Source: Tricharina praecox
Lineage: Eukaryota
Assembly (NCBI RefSeq): GCF_024521635.1
Contig: NW_026250404.1
Span: 1,488,001-1,552,000, forward strand
Direction of reading: 5' to 3'
Length of the DNA: 64,000 nt
Part shown: piece by piece, positions 11,405 through 24,782 of the stretch
How the letters are laid out: every line of letters begins with the position of its first letter
Position numbering within the stretch: the first letter of the stretch is position 1
Notes under the pieces: model-generated
Seen by the model: only the letters and a program-made list of their open reading frames with translations
What the model was told of the DNA's origin: nothing
Database searches by the model: none
Position numbers and translations under genes: made by a program

Positions 11405-14308
11405 CTAGCCCCCCCTTGCGACCTGTCCACCCCACTTCGTCCCCACTCCGGTAACCTCAACAGCCACGTTGATCGCCGTGCCGACTGTCCAGATGGAAAT
11501 GAGCGTGATGCCGATACGGCGAGACATCATCCAGTTATTCAGCGGAACCCACACAAGGAGGACCACCAGCGTCAGAAGCAGTGTTGCAGCACTGATAACG
11601 AGCGTGCTGGATACTTCGATGTGGTAGACTGGATCACCCTTGATAATGGTCATATACAGTCCGCTAACGCCGATACCGAGGAGGATGTTGAGCATGGGCC
11701 CACCGAAACACGCGCTGAGTGCCATCACCGGGAAGCCGAGTCGTGCTATTGTTATGTCCGCAACCAGGTCGCCGAGTGAGTTGCCGACTGCGAAGATGGT
11801 GAGACCGAGGATCGCATCCGATATACCAAAGATTACTCCGAAGGCTTTGAGGATCCCGACTACTTCCTCGGCGATGGTAGAGATCCAGGATATGGCCACT
11901 ATGAACCCGCCGAAGCAGAGGAGGGTAGCGAAACCGTGGTGGCTGCATGGGCGTCGTCAGAGTGAGGAGTAAGGCGAGGCATACCAGCCCAGTGAGGAGC
12001 GCGTAAAGGATCGGTTTCAACAGAGGAGTATCGGAATCCGCAAACAGAACGAGTACTATGAACAGCGGCGCAGTGATACACTGGATTGCAACTAACCAGC
12101 GATTCCAGTCCTTTGGTGGCGGAGGGGGATCAGAAGGCGTCACCATCGGTGTGGCAATAGTGGTGGTGGTGAGGAACGAGCTTGGACTCTCCGGCGGAAG
12201 CGCATTATGTTGCCCGCCACCGGGCTTGCCGTCGTCGGCGGAGGGACGCTCGGGACCTTCAACTACTGGAAGTGTGAGGGTGAGGAAAAAGACGCTAGGT
12301 ACTGCAACGAGCGCGAAGACTTTCTCCAGGAAAGTCTTGTCCGTGAAGTCCTGCAGTGTGGGGAAGAACGTGACGTAGAGGCGTTGCGGCGAAGGGAAAA
12401 GGCTGTAAGGCCAGTATTTCATCCTTTTCGCCTGTTGGACGGGTATGCTCAAAGCGGTCAAAGAGGAATCCATTGATGACCGAGGAAGTCGGAGCGATGG
12501 TGGCGGGGATGGCCGACCTCCGATCGGCCCCGGAGAATCCGTAATCACGTCAGAATCTACGTCCGAATCCAAGATCGAGAAGCGAGGTGCCACTTTCGAC
12601 AAAGGAGATGGCGGTGCTGAGCCAGGCGGCGAGTGCGCCGGGCTTGTTCCGGTAGAAGATGGTGGAGCGAGGAATTGTGATGTATATATTCGCATTCCGG
12701 GAGGTCGTTTTATAGCAAATACATGCGGTTGATTCTCCTGCTCTGATGCCGACCCTCCGTCGTCCGATTCTTGTACCAAGAGGTCGGGGATTCGTGAATG
12801 GAGGTTCCCTACGTCAACCACGGCTTGCGCGGCATCATTGACGGAAACAGCTCGTAATCTGCCTAATGGCCCCGTCGACGGCCTCAAGAGCGAGTGCGGC
12901 GTATGGCGAGGATCTGTCGCATCAACCGGACCGCCCAGGTTCGGTCTCTCTGGGTTGGGCTCAGAAAGTGAATGGCCGGAGAGCATCGGGTCATCAGAAT
13001 ACCTCCTAAGGTGTATCTGCCTGCCCCGAAGATTCTTGGTCTTCTCGAGAGAACTGAGAACAGCCCGGAACTCCAGTGCGCCAACCAGTGAAGGTCTAAT
13101 CGTGTGTGTCGTAGCAGCTGTTAACCGTCTCTCCATTCCGGGCCGACTATTCCTCACGTTATTGCTCAACTCGGCGTATTCACGCTCTTCACGCTCTTCT
13201 TCGTCTTCGTCGTCGTCGTCCAGGTCTCGTCCCAGCCCGCTCTCCAAGGCGCGGAAATCGTGTAAATCCCCATTTTCCTGGGCCCCCTGACCAACACCGC
13301 CGTCTTCGTCATCTTCCTCCACCAGGAGATCCTCCTCTTCGGGCGCGGTGTAATGCTCCCTAGCACGTCGCTCCTTGCGTCTTCTACGCTTCTTGCGCCC
13401 CGCCATCCAATGCCATCCGATAACGAAGACCACATACAACAAGTAAAACACAATCATCAAGACACATTCCCACATCTTGATCCTGCCATCCGCGAGGAAA
13501 TACAGACTAAAAAGTACAGCCACGGCGAAGAACGAGACGTCGCGAATGAATGATTTCCGGCCGACCTTGAAGGGGCGTACGATGGCCATCGAGCCGGCGA
13601 CGACAGCAGTGATAAAGCATGCGGCGCCGATAAGTTCACCGATAGCGAGCGAGCCGGAATTAATCTTCATCGCAGCAAACGTGCTGAACACGTCAGGCGA
13701 CCCGTTACCGAAGGCGAGGAACGTCACACCCGCCATGCTCTCCGACATGCCGAGGATGGCGGCGATAGTAGAAAGATTGATGCAAAAGAAGTCGCTCGCG
13801 GCGATGCCGATGGTCGAGAACAGTATTCCGAGCCATGATGCCAGGATGAGGAATGGTACGCCTTTCGTGCTTCCGAAGCGGCAATAGTAAAGGTCGAGAT
13901 AATCCAGCAGGCCAACTCGTTCTTCAAGGCAGTGTTTGCGGACGAATGCGCACTTGTCCTTGGATCTATTCACATTGCGACACTGTCGAAGTCAGCGTTG
14001 CCCACGATGCAAAGGTACAGATAGATGGGGGGGTCCGGTACGGCCGGACGTGCCTCGTTCTTATCATCGTTATCTTGTCGAGCCACATGGTGACGTGGGT
14101 TCAGGTTCCGGAGCGACAACCTAAAAAACGATTGTCTAGTGCTCGGTCTTGATGGCGTGTTGGCCACGGCGCGCTCAATGTCCTCAGGCGAGAGTTTATC
14201 TGGCCGGTGCACTCTCTTTGCCTCGGTGGTCGCTGCTGCGAGCAATAACAGTAGCACTGCGCATGCGAGTAACCTCACCGCCGGAAGCCGACGATTGAAA
14301 AGCTTCAT
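11405..14308 (-). CDS. Cation/Ca2+ exchanger (CCX/NCLX-like, Ecm27/YDL206W family); one apparent +1 frameshift at 11923-11925
   Basis: Signal-like N-terminus; alpha-1 repeat AGVTFLAFGNGSPDVFST; alpha-2 repeat LGLTIFAVGNSLGDLVAD...ACFGGPMLN; intron 13983-14053 (or 14041). The frame changes between PPRFRY and LLCFGGFIVAISWIS. Confidence 0.88.
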
Positions 14309-14340
14309 AGTGTGGCGGCAGTTGTGTCGCGGGCGAACGA

Positions 14341-14467
14341 AGAGTAACTTGTCTGTCGGGCTGCAGACGCTGACGGGGAATTCGTAGAGCAAAACAGTCA
14401 AGGGTAGCTTGTCTGTCGGGCTACAGATGTTGACGGGGAATTCGTAGAACAAAACACCGAAGAGTAG
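14341..14467. repeat. Imperfect 60-bp tandem duplication just upstream of the exchanger start codon
   Basis: 14341-14400 and 14401-14460 share CTTGTCTGTCGGGCTRCAGAYGYTGACGGGGAATTCGTAGARCAAAACA; a third unit begins AGAGTAG at 14461. Confidence 0.9.
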
Positions 14468-15786
14468 AAGAAGTGTGTGTAGAAGCTGTTGGGCATCTCG
14501 AGCTCTTCAGGAGCTGCAGGAGGTTGGGCTGGGCGAAAAGGTATATCCGCAGAAGGAGGGTCTGCCCAGATTGGGTGGGGGGTTGCTCCAGTTAATATCC
14601 TGACTCTGTCGCAAAGGCGCGGAGGAAGGAGCTTGTTTGAGGGTGGGATACGTATGACGAGGGTTGTGGAATCTCCTGCGGCCGCCCGCGTACGATCACG
14701 CAAGTCTCGACCGTATCTACCGGGTACTCTGTGTACTAGTACTAGCACCGGCTGTGTTGCACAGCCTCGCTCTTGCTACAAGCGCCACACTTTCATTGTC
14801 TGAATCGACGATCGAGTGAGATTCCATGATAGTGGCCTTGCTCACGGTCATGATTAGAAACTTGAAGACGATTGACAACTCTAGGGCTTTGATCTCGGCT
14901 CCGCCACCTCTCTTAGGCATCCCGAGCGAGGTGCGGTCGTTTCCATGACGAATCGCCAGTCACGGAAGCGCTACAGTAGAGTACTAGTTATCTAGAACGA
15001 GAAGACTCTCCGCAGCAGACCGTGACCGCTGGAAACGTGTATTGATTCTCTTCGTTGAGGATGGAATGCCCATCAGCAGCGGCGTATTCCTATGGTGCCA
15101 GAATGCGCACAACAGACATTCAGTGGTTAGCTAACGGCGGATTTGATCAATTTATGCGCACAAATCCCGGATGCTGACGATCACTTGTGTTCGGGATTAG
15201 GATCGGGATGTCTTTGTCGGAGCAGGTAGCGCGCTTCTCATCCTACAGCATAAATGCAGTGTCGATGGAACTCGCGGTCCAAATGTTCACAGGTCTCATC
15301 TCATACACATCGAAGGGCAGTTCCTCGCGGAATTCATGTGCACTGGTTGAATGACCGGGGATCCGCTACAATTTCTAAACGTGGCAAGTTGGTAGCTGAT
15401 AGACATCTTTTGCTACGATAGTATAGGTACTCTACAGCCGAGACACCTTGATATGCACACAATCATCGAATCCTTTGTTGTCGAGAGATGCTCATCACGA
15501 ACAGTTTTGAACATAGCTCCACCGTCTTTCGGAAAGCTCCCTGCCTGCTGCACAGTCATCGCAGAGTCTCACTCGCTAAAGTCCCACGTGATCGCCCGCT
15601 CCGTGCTAAGGGCGCATCGTTTGTTTACCACCGCACAAACCTCCATTCCTCCCTCGACGACAACCACAACCACGACCACGATCACACGCGAAAACGATAT
15701 CCTCCATCCATACAGGCTGCCTTTCCGGAACCACCAACCTTCGTGCCTAGCTGCAACACCGCAAACAGGCTCCTCCGCGCTCCACA

Positions 15787-18375
15787 ATGGCCCGCACCAA
15801 GGGTACGGCCGTCGGCCGCGAAGTCTCCACGCCCAAACGCACTACAATGATTCCGCTCAACGATGATTCCGCCGAGAAAGCGGCGCGAACCAAGGAACGT
15901 AACCTATTGCAGTCCGCGCAGAGGCAGAAGATTAAGGCTGCTGCTTCCCCCGCTGTTCGCAGACAGACTTTGGGCGCGGATGGCATTTCGCCGATGACTC
16001 CTAGGAACGTCGCCCAGCAGGAGACGCCAAAGAAGGTTCAGATCTTGGCAAACTTTGAGGAGATGATGAAGATGGCTACTGATAACGTGGGTTTGCTTCT
16101 TGGGTTCGCGCGACGGCGGTGATGGGGATGCCGCTGGTGGTGCTGGTTGTGGCGGGGTATTACGAGACTGACGCGCACGCGTGTCACCAGAAAATTAATG
16201 CGACAAATTCGTGGGACTTCGCGTTAATCGACTACTTTTATGATATGAGCCTGCTGAAGGAAGGTGATACGGTCAACTTCCAGAAAGCGAGTTGCACTTT
16301 GGATGGATGTGTAAAGATATACACCAGCAGAGTCGATTCGATCGCAACCGAGACGGGAAAACTACTCAGTGGATTGGCTGAGAGCAGCGTTTCAAAACGG
16401 AAGGGCAGAGGTGCGGACGAGGAAGGAAGTGACGCAGAAGATGGGGAGGAGGTCGATGGCGAAGGCAAAAAGAAACCTAGGAAGAAGGTATGTCGATTCG
16501 CTGCGCAAGTGTATGTGAACTAACTGCCGTCGTAGACCCAACGCTCCTCCGAAGCAACGCTTGCCAAGGACTTCGCTCAACTAGCAGTCAAAAAGCTCGA
16601 GCTCGAATTCTCGGTCGACCCTCTGTTCAAAAAAGCTACGGCAGATCGAGACGAAGGCGGAGCCAAAGGCCTTCTCCTCAATAACCTCTTCATTGACGCA
16701 CACGGGCGAATAGTGTTTGATAGTAGTGACGACAAAGACGAAGAAAAGGACGGGGAGCATGAGGATGATGGGGAAGACGATGCCGTAAAGGAAGAAGAAG
16801 TTCTGGATAAACCCGCAGAGATTTTGAGCAAGCTTGGCGACCTCAAGAGCAGATTCTTCCCCGACCTTTCCATATTGGACAAACAAGATGTTTGCCCATC
16901 TCTCAAGAACTTTGATCTGAACACTTCCGAGGGACTGGATATTCCGTTTCTTAAGGGCCTAGAAGACCGTGACAACGGGAAGCAAGCAGCCGATCCAGAG
17001 AATAACGAGGATGATGATGAGGATGTCGGCGCTAGAGATGATATGGCCTTCGGATTCGACGACGGATATGGCATTGGAGGTGACGACGACATGACCATGG
17101 CATTCGGCGAAGGAGGAGAGGCTTGGGCCAACGAAACCATAGCTGATGCGGCGGATCGTCTATTGAGCCCATCGAGACGACCGCTCTTCGGGTCTGGGGG
17201 GGCGGACAACGATGAAGGTGATTTCGATCCTGATGGCAGTCGGTTTATCGGCTTTGGTGGCGGACATGAGGATATTCTCAGCTACTTTGACGAAAGAGTG
17301 GGGACAAACTGGGCGGGACCGGAGCACTGGCGTATCCGAAGAATCAAAGACAGCTCCAAGCCAGCAAACACGGCACCGAGACCGCGAAAAGAGAAGGAGA
17401 CCTTTGAGATCAACTTCATGGACCCTACAGCGGATGCTCCAGCTGAGGTGTTGGGCCCGCCCAAACTTCCTTCCTCGATCAATATGCCTAGGAAAGACCG
17501 AATAAGCAAGTCCAGGAACCTACTACCCGACGACAAACACTTCAACTCCCGTCAGCTCATCCGGATGTTCCTGAAGCCCGACGCCAGCGTCTTGCGAAGA
17601 AGGAAGAACAATGCAGGACCGGGTGGCATGCTCCCTCAAAACGATGAGCCACCAGAGAACCTAGATGAAGAGTTCTGGGCCAAAGAGAACATGGCAGGAG
17701 AGATCCAAGCCTCGTCGACCCCCGGTCCCAAGGGCGATTACGATGCCAACTTCTTCAATGACGATCGTCTCGACCTTCCTGCTGGCCTTGAGGACGACGA
17801 CGACGATGCGTTCGCGGATGCGAGGGAATCGTTTTCACCGGGCATCGACGGTGCGGCGGCAACCGCCGGAGGTGCCGTACCGCAGTCCCAGAATCCTTTC
17901 TCCACCCAAGCTTTAGACTTCGGTTCACAGCTTGTTGCCCAGGCTCGTCGCATCAGACCAGAATACGTCCAGTACGCGCGCGTAGCAAAGAAGGTCGATG
18001 TTCGAAAACTGAAGGAGAACATTTGGAGCGGCCTCAAATTTGCGCCCGGCCAAGATCCAGACAACGTTGGTTCCCCATTCTACTCCTTCTCTGTATCCTT
18101 AACTAACATTTCATTCCTCCTCCTTCCAGTCAATACGCTCTGAAGAACCCACCCCTGACCCCTTCGAAGAACCCCGCAAGTTCACACGCGTCATGAACAA
18201 TCTCTGTGCAGTCTATCCCGAGAAGGTGATGTCCGACATTAGCACGAGCTACTGCTTCATCTGTCTCTTGCACTTGGCGAACGAGAAGGGACTCATCGTC
18301 GAGGAGGAGGGGGGAACTCTGCAGGAGCTGGTGATCAGGAAGGATCCTGCCGCGAATGAGGCTGATGCCTATTAA
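15787..18375 (+). CDS. BRN1: Condensin complex subunit 2 (barren/CAP-H kleisin)
   Basis: NFEEMMKMATDNKINATNSWDFALIDYF, NFQKASCTLDGCVKIYTSRVDS, DPLFKK...DEGGAKGLLLN, NWAGPEHWRI, YARVAKKVDVRKLKENIW and DISTSYCFICLLHLANEKGL; introns 16087-16190, 16488-16535 and 18067-18129. Confidence 0.95.
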
Positions 18376-19377
18376 TAAATACCCGCTGAATGGATGGAGC
18401 TTGGTTGTTTGATTTTTTTTTGGGCGCGGGGATTTGGCGATAGGGATTTAGTCGTTTCGTTTCGTTTCGTTTTCTGCTTCGACTTTTGATGGGAGCGAGG
18501 GGAGGGCTTTTTGGATTTGATGTGGTTCTGCGTGGACCATGCCACCAGGGCTCTGATGGCTGTTGGATATAGAATGAGTTCCTGTACGAGTTGTAGTTAT
18601 GTATCTGGAAAAGTGGATGCACAATCGAGTGATAGGTACCGGAGGGAGTAACTGGCCCGTTCTCACTCGTCAATGACTCCATGGACTTCAACACGATTCA
18701 TCTACATACCGCAATCAAGACTTGAACTACTAGTACCTACACATTCGCTTTCCCGCTTTATTGATTCCCAGAGTCAGTACAGATTCCGCACAGCATCCAA
18801 AACCAAACACCGGCAATCAGAACATTTTTTCCCACCCGACACATCACCCCCGTCCCAGATCGACCACATCCAACGCAGAAGTCATTGTACTCAAAACTGT
18901 CATGACCGGATCCGGTCGCATGTAACAAAGAAACCGAAAACCGAGCCAGAAAGCCCGTTGCGTTTATCTTCTTCGAGTTTAAACAAAGACAACAGGCAGA
19001 ATGAAGACTCGATTTCCATTCGGTACTTTCACCGAGCTAATGTCACAAGCGTTTTGTAGGTATCACGTATGTAGAGTCTGTGTGAATCATGACTCCATAA
19101 ATTTCGTAGAGTAAGTACAGAGAATCGAAAGAAAAAGCAGTAAACCCGCAGAAAAAACCCCGAGAACCGTAAGAAAACCATGAAGAGAATACAAAGGAAA
19201 GAGAGAAGAAAAAAGAAGAGCCGACTACAAAACCATCCCCATTTTTTACGACCCTGTAAGCGTCCCCAAACAAGAAATTAAAGGAGTTTTCATACAAGAA
19301 CACGCATAAGAAAAAGACACCCATCCCTCGCCTTGTATGAAGACACTTCTAACTCCCTATCGAAAAGAGCGACACAT

Positions 19378-20064
19378 TTAGTCGACCTCCTCAACGGTAG
19401 GACCGTCGTCAGAGGCACCAGGAGGTCCTCCAGCACCGGCACCGGGGAAGCCACCACCAGGCATTCCTCCGGGCATGCCACCACCGGGAGCGCCACCCTG
19501 GCTCTGGTAGAACTTCATCATGATGGGGTTGGCGATAGCCTCAAGCTCACGCTGCTGAGACTCGAACTCGTCCTTGGTGGCAGTGGTGTTGTTGTCCAAC
19601 CACTCAACCGACTCGTCGATAGCCTTCTGAAGCTTGGCCTTGTCGTCGGCATCGAGCTTGTCGCCAACCTTCTCGTCGCTGAGAGTGTTGCGGAGCGAGT
19701 AGGCGTAAGACTCGAGAGAGTTCTTGGCCTGGATACGCTCAGCCTCGGCGGCATCCTCCTCCTTGTACTTCTCGGCCTCGGCCAACATGCGCTCGATCTC
19801 CTCCTTGGAAAGACGGCCCTTGTCTATAGAAAGTTAGCATCTGGTTCAATAACGATGTGGAGTGGGAAATGCTTACCATTGGTGATAGTGATCTTGTTGG
19901 TCTTTCCAGTACCCTTCTCAACGGCGGAGACGTTGAGGATACCGTTGGCATCGATGTCAAAGGTGACCTCGATTTGAGGAACACCACGGGGCGCAGGGGG
20001 GATACCGGTAAGCTCGAACTTTCCGAGCAGGTTGTTGTCCTTGGTGCGAGCACGCTCACCCTCG

Positions 20065-20096
<32 letters not shown>

Positions 20097-20340
20097 CGAG
20101 AAGGTAGAGAAGACCTCAGACTTCTTGGTGGGGATGGTGGTGTTACGCTTGATCAACGCAGTCATGACACCTCCAGCGGTCTCAATACCGAGCGACAGAG
20201 GAGCGACGTCGAGAAGAAGAATCTCCTGAGTCTTGGAAGAAGTGTCTCCGGTAAGGATAGCGGCCTGGACGGCGGCACCGTAGGCAACAGCCTCATCGGG
20301 GTTGATGGACTTGTTGGGCTCCTTACCGTTGAAGAAGTCC

Positions 20341-20375
<35 letters not shown>

Positions 20376-21656
20376 TCCTCCGACCAAGACGATCTCGTGA
20401 ACGGAAGACTTGTCGATCTTGGAGTCGCGGAGGACGCGCTCGACGGGCTCCATGGTGGAACGGAAGAGGTCCTGGCAGAGCTCCTCGAAACGGGCACGGG
20501 TGATCGAAGTATAGAAGTCAACGCCCTCGTAGAGCGAATCGATCTCAACCGAGGTCTGAGCCGAAGAGGAAAGGGTGCGCTTGGCCCGCTCGCAAGCAGT
20601 GCGGAGACGACGAAGGGCACGAGCGTTGCTGGTCAAGTCCTTCTTGTGCTTGCGCTTGAACTCCTGAACGAAGTGGTTGACAAGGCGGTTGTCGAAATCC
20701 TCACCACCCAAGTGAGTGTCACCAGCGGTGGCCTTAACCTCGAAAATACCCTCCTCGATGGTCAAGAGAGACACATCGAAAGTTCCACCACCGAGATCGA
20801 AGATGAGGACGTTACGCTCGCCGATCGTCTTCTTGTCGAGTCCGTACGCGATAGCGGCAGCGGTGGGCTCGTTGATGATACGGAGGACGTTGAGACCGGC
20901 AATCATACCAGCATCCTTGGTAGCCTGACGCTGGGAGTCGTTGAAGTATGCAGGGACAGTGACAACGGCGTTGGTGAGGGTTCCTCCGAGGTAAGCCTCA
21001 GCAGTCTCCTTCATCTTGGACAGGACCATCGACGAGATCTCCTCGGGGGTGAACTCCTTGGTCTCGCCCTTGAACTCGATCTGGATGATGGGCTTTCCGA
21101 GCTTGTTGATAACCTTGAAGGGGAAGTGCTTCATGTCCGACTGAACCTCAGCATCCTCGAATTTCCGTCCGATCAATCGCTTGGCGTCGAAGACGGTGTT
21201 GTGACTGTAAGGATAAATGTTAGTGATCAATCATGATAAACGCGTCGTGAGTAGATGGTAGAGAACTTACGGGTTCATAGCGACCTGGTTCTTGGCCGAG
21301 TCACCAATCAGACGTTCCGTGTCGGTGAACGCAACCTATTCCATCAATCATTGTCAGTAAACCATTTCTCATTGATGTTGTTTCGTAACGGGTAATCAAT
21401 CAAACAAGCTAACAATGCTTGTTGGTGTGGTGGGGGGTAATAGTGGGGCAATGGCGGGGCAACGATGATGCTACGCAACCACCAATACCACCAACAATGA
21501 AGAGAGATACGAGGAAGAAGGAAATAACGGGCAACTTACGAATGATGGGGTTGTTCGGTTTCCCTGGTCATTTGCAATGATCTCGATACGGTCATCTCTG
21601 AAAACACCCACGCAGGAGTAGGTGGTTCCCAAATCGATACCGACAGCGGCCACCAT
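19378..21656 (-). CDS. SSA1: Cytosolic heat shock protein 70 (SSA family)
   Basis: [58 protein letters not shown] repeats and C-terminal GPTVEEVD; introns 21336-21539, 21205-21270 and 19824-19876. Confidence 0.98.
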
Positions 21657-21828
21657 TTTGAAATCTGTTGTAGAGGTTGTTGTCTATGCGAGTATTAGGT
21701 GTAGGTGGAGGTAAAGAAGAAAAGAATTTGTCTGTAAGAGCGCGGAGAAGAGAGGTTGCAGTGTTGTGGTTGTGCGTGTAAGATGATGAAGGAAGAGAGA
21801 GAGGTGGGAGTGCTTTGGTGGATAAGGA

Positions 21829-21972
21829 TTTATAGATGGGGTGGGGGGGAAGGCGGGTTGCGGCTTTTGCTTTGCTTTGGAGGGGGGGGGGGGGTCGTTG
21901 GTTTGCAGTGCTGTTCTGAGGCAGGAACGTTGTAGCACGCGCTAGAATGCTCCATGAGACTCCATGATCTTC
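21829..21972 (-). promoter_or_regulatory. HSP70 proximal promoter: TATA box and degenerate heat-shock element
   Basis: TATAAA on the minus strand at about 21829-21834; 5-bp-phased GAA/TTC-like units GAAcgTTGtaGCAcgCGCtaGAAtgCTCcaTGAgaCTCcaTGAtcTTC at 21925-21972. Confidence 0.55.
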
Positions 21973-22336
21973 CACCACCTACGCACCGCTTCCAGCAACA
22001 TCGACAACAAAAAAAATACACATACCACTCCCGATAGAGGGCAAGTCGGATTATGTAATTTCCCATCACATGCTATGTCGCTGCTGCACCACTTTTGGTA
22101 AATGTTTGGTCTTTTTTTGTGAACGGCGGGCGACCGAGACGACAGAGTGAGAGCTCGTTAACCGCCGAGGATGGTCCGTGCGCGACAAACGATTCTACTG
22201 CATTCCGCAAATGACGTAAAAGCCGCACCTTAGAGAACCCCTTGCAAGGCACGATTGCCTCCATACAGACATGGCGAAATCCTTCAGCCCCACTCAGCCT
22301 GCTCAACAGCCGTATACTTGCTACTATGGAGCCCCA

Positions 22337-22369
22337 GAATGCTCGAGGATGCTCTACATGCTTCTAGAG
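22337..22369. promoter_or_regulatory. Distal degenerate heat-shock element candidate for HSP70
   Basis: GAAtgCTCgaGGAtgCTCtaCATgcTTCtaGAG: alternating nGAAn-like pentamers. Confidence 0.45.
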
Positions 22370-23021
22370 TGCGTGGCCGGTGGGGCATGCCAGGGAAACG
22401 CCCGACCGCGGCCAGTCCTTTACCACGCGGAGTCACAGACAAAGCAACCTAGATTACGGGACTCAAGGCTGCGTACCTGAACCCAAGTAGCACAAAGCCA
22501 CACCCGGGTTGTCGGCCTCGCTCTTCGACACAGATTCATGGGTACTGTAGATACCCAGGTTGGCTGCTAGTGGAACTACCCCAGTCTGTCTGAATACATA
22601 TCTACCAGTGAATCCGCTAGGAGCTCTGCAGCGGCGATGTGGCGATGGGTGGCGAGTGACACTAATAGAGTAAGTTCGAGACGTTTCCGTGATGCTTACA
22701 CACTTCTCAACACGCTGCGAGATCGAGGTTCACTTCCCGTCAGCTTCACAGCAATTGCGGCACTTTTCTCCGATAACCAACTCACGACATGTGACATCAT
22801 CGGGCGTCTTGAGTTACGCGAGGGCCTTCATGACATCGTGAGTGACGGGGCGTGAAGGCGATGTCGGGGTTCAAGAGAGAGGGGATACATGCTGCCAAAT
22901 GAATGGCACGACGATAGAGAAACATCTGTGTTCACACACAACCACGATATGTACCTAGTTGAAAGCTATCTATAACCTGGAATTCGCATACTAGGTATCT
23001 ACTGGACAAAAGGCACTACAT

Positions 23022-24782
23022 CTACAACTCATCTTTTGCCGCACCCTCCGCTTTCTCACGCCCACACGCTGCCGGCGTGCCGACCTCCATACGATAAACA
23101 CATTTCTCCGCCTCGACGACGTTGCGGATCTCGTTCTCGGCGGAGCAATACAGCTCGACACCAACACTCCTCTTGGGGCCATTCCAGCACTGCTGTCCGT
23201 TGTCGTATCCCAGTGCCATGCCACTAAGTGGCTCCTCATGGCTCTCCTCCCAGCTGCTCGCAAATACTCCAGCGGCCTCGTTCTTCGAAGTTTCATCGGC
23301 AATATCGATCCGAGAGAAGGTACCCAGTGAGGTCTTTGAGTTATCCTTCCGCGAAATCTGTTGTGCCTTCTCCATGAAACATAGCTCGTATTTGTACTCG
23401 CCGAATTCACGGGAGATGCAAGTACCCTTAAGAGCGCGGAAGACATCGGATGGTCCCATATCGGCAGCGAGATCCTTCTCGAGCTGTCCAAGGTGCTTCT
23501 TAACTTTCATGTCTTCGTTTTGGGCGGCGGTGAGTGCGTCGCGGGCGGCAGTGACGGCGGCAGTTTCGATGCCATCGGTTTTTTGGGGTGCGAGCATTCC
23601 GTTCGCGATGAGGAATTCACGGAGTTCTTTGATCTTGACGCCGAGCCAGTCGCGGGCGGCTGGAGGGAGGTATTTGGTGAGTTGGTAAACTGTGTGGCCG
23701 TGTCAGCTTCAGAAAGCTTCAGAAAGCTCTGCGAAGGGAGAGGGGTCATACGCTCTGAGACTTCTTCCTCTTCGGGACCAGCGAGCTCATCCCAATTCGT
23801 TTCCTCTTCCAAGACAGCAGTGAGATCCCTATCCTCGGCCGCATTCCGCTTCTGGTCCTCGTCCGCAAGATACTCCTCCCACGACCTGACAGCACGTTTG
23901 ACACCTTCGTCGTTGAAGTTGGGATTGTACTCCTCCCTCAGCAACCTCAGCATCGTCTCCGCCCTCTCCAGCCGCTCCTCGGCGATATCCCTCTCATCCC
24001 TGACTTTCAAGAGCAACTTTCGAAGCTCCTCCACCTTCTCCTTCGCAACTTGCGTGGCCACGCTCACCCTACTCCCCGGCTTTGGGTTCTTCACAACCCT
24101 GTTCCTCTCCCTCTCCTCCGTTTCGTGCAGCTTCTTCTCCAACTCCTTCACCTTGACCTCATTCGCCTGCACCTTGACTTTCGTAGTGGCGACATTGTCC
24201 TCAATCTCCTTCTTAAGCACCTTCGCCTTCCTCACCAGCTCCCTCCTCGCCTTCGCCGCCTTACTCCTCCTCGCATTCCTTTCCGCGGCCATCTTCCTAG
24301 CCGCGGTTCCAATCTCCTTACACGTGCTGGGACACGACACGCCGCCAACACCGCCGGCCTCATCCGACCCATCGCAACAGATGTCATAGTCGCAGATCCC
24401 GTCGTTAACCCTCGAATTGGGCAGATACGCCGGCGTGTGTCCCTTGTTACGGCAATAGAACCCGGGGATCGCAATGTCCTTGTGCAAGAGGCCTGCGCAC
24501 GCCGACGTGCCGGGCTCGTCCGAGCCGTCGGGGCAGTCGCAGAAGTCGTCGTTTACGCGGTCATACGGGATTTCGATCGACGGATGCGTGAGGCATGTGA
24601 ACGTTTGCAGGTTGGAAGGGATGTAGAGCTTTGCATCTGGTGTTTTGCACTGGTTAATGGCACGCAGGGATGGAAGGGGAGCTGTCTCTGGAAGTACCTT
24701 CTGGAGATACACCGCGTGGGACGGTGGTAGCCCGGGCGAGTGTGAGGGATGTTGCGAGCAGGAGCAGCTGTTGCAGTAGCAT
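23022..24782 (-). CDS. GTB1: Glucosidase II beta subunit (PRKCSH/Gtb1)
   Basis: Signal peptide; VNDDFCDCPDGSDEPGTSAC; VNDGICDYDICCDGSDE; MRH domain YKYELCF...NGQQCWNGPKRS...C.Y.MEVGTPAAC; C-terminal KDEL; introns 24637-24697 and 23690-23751. Confidence 0.96.

Noticed and set aside
11898..11933. 36-nt GT...AG segment at the exchanger frameshift
   Set aside because: A multiple of 3, so it cannot restore the frame, and it would delete a transmembrane segment.
19857..21236. 459-aa ORF antisense to HSP70, and the 214-aa ORF at 19333-19977
   Set aside because: Well-known shadow ORF produced by strong codon bias in HSP70 genes; no independent evidence.
21336..21539. Intronic snoRNA in the long first HSP70 intron
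   Set aside because: No box C (RTGATGA) on the coding strand; the CTGA seen is the branch site.
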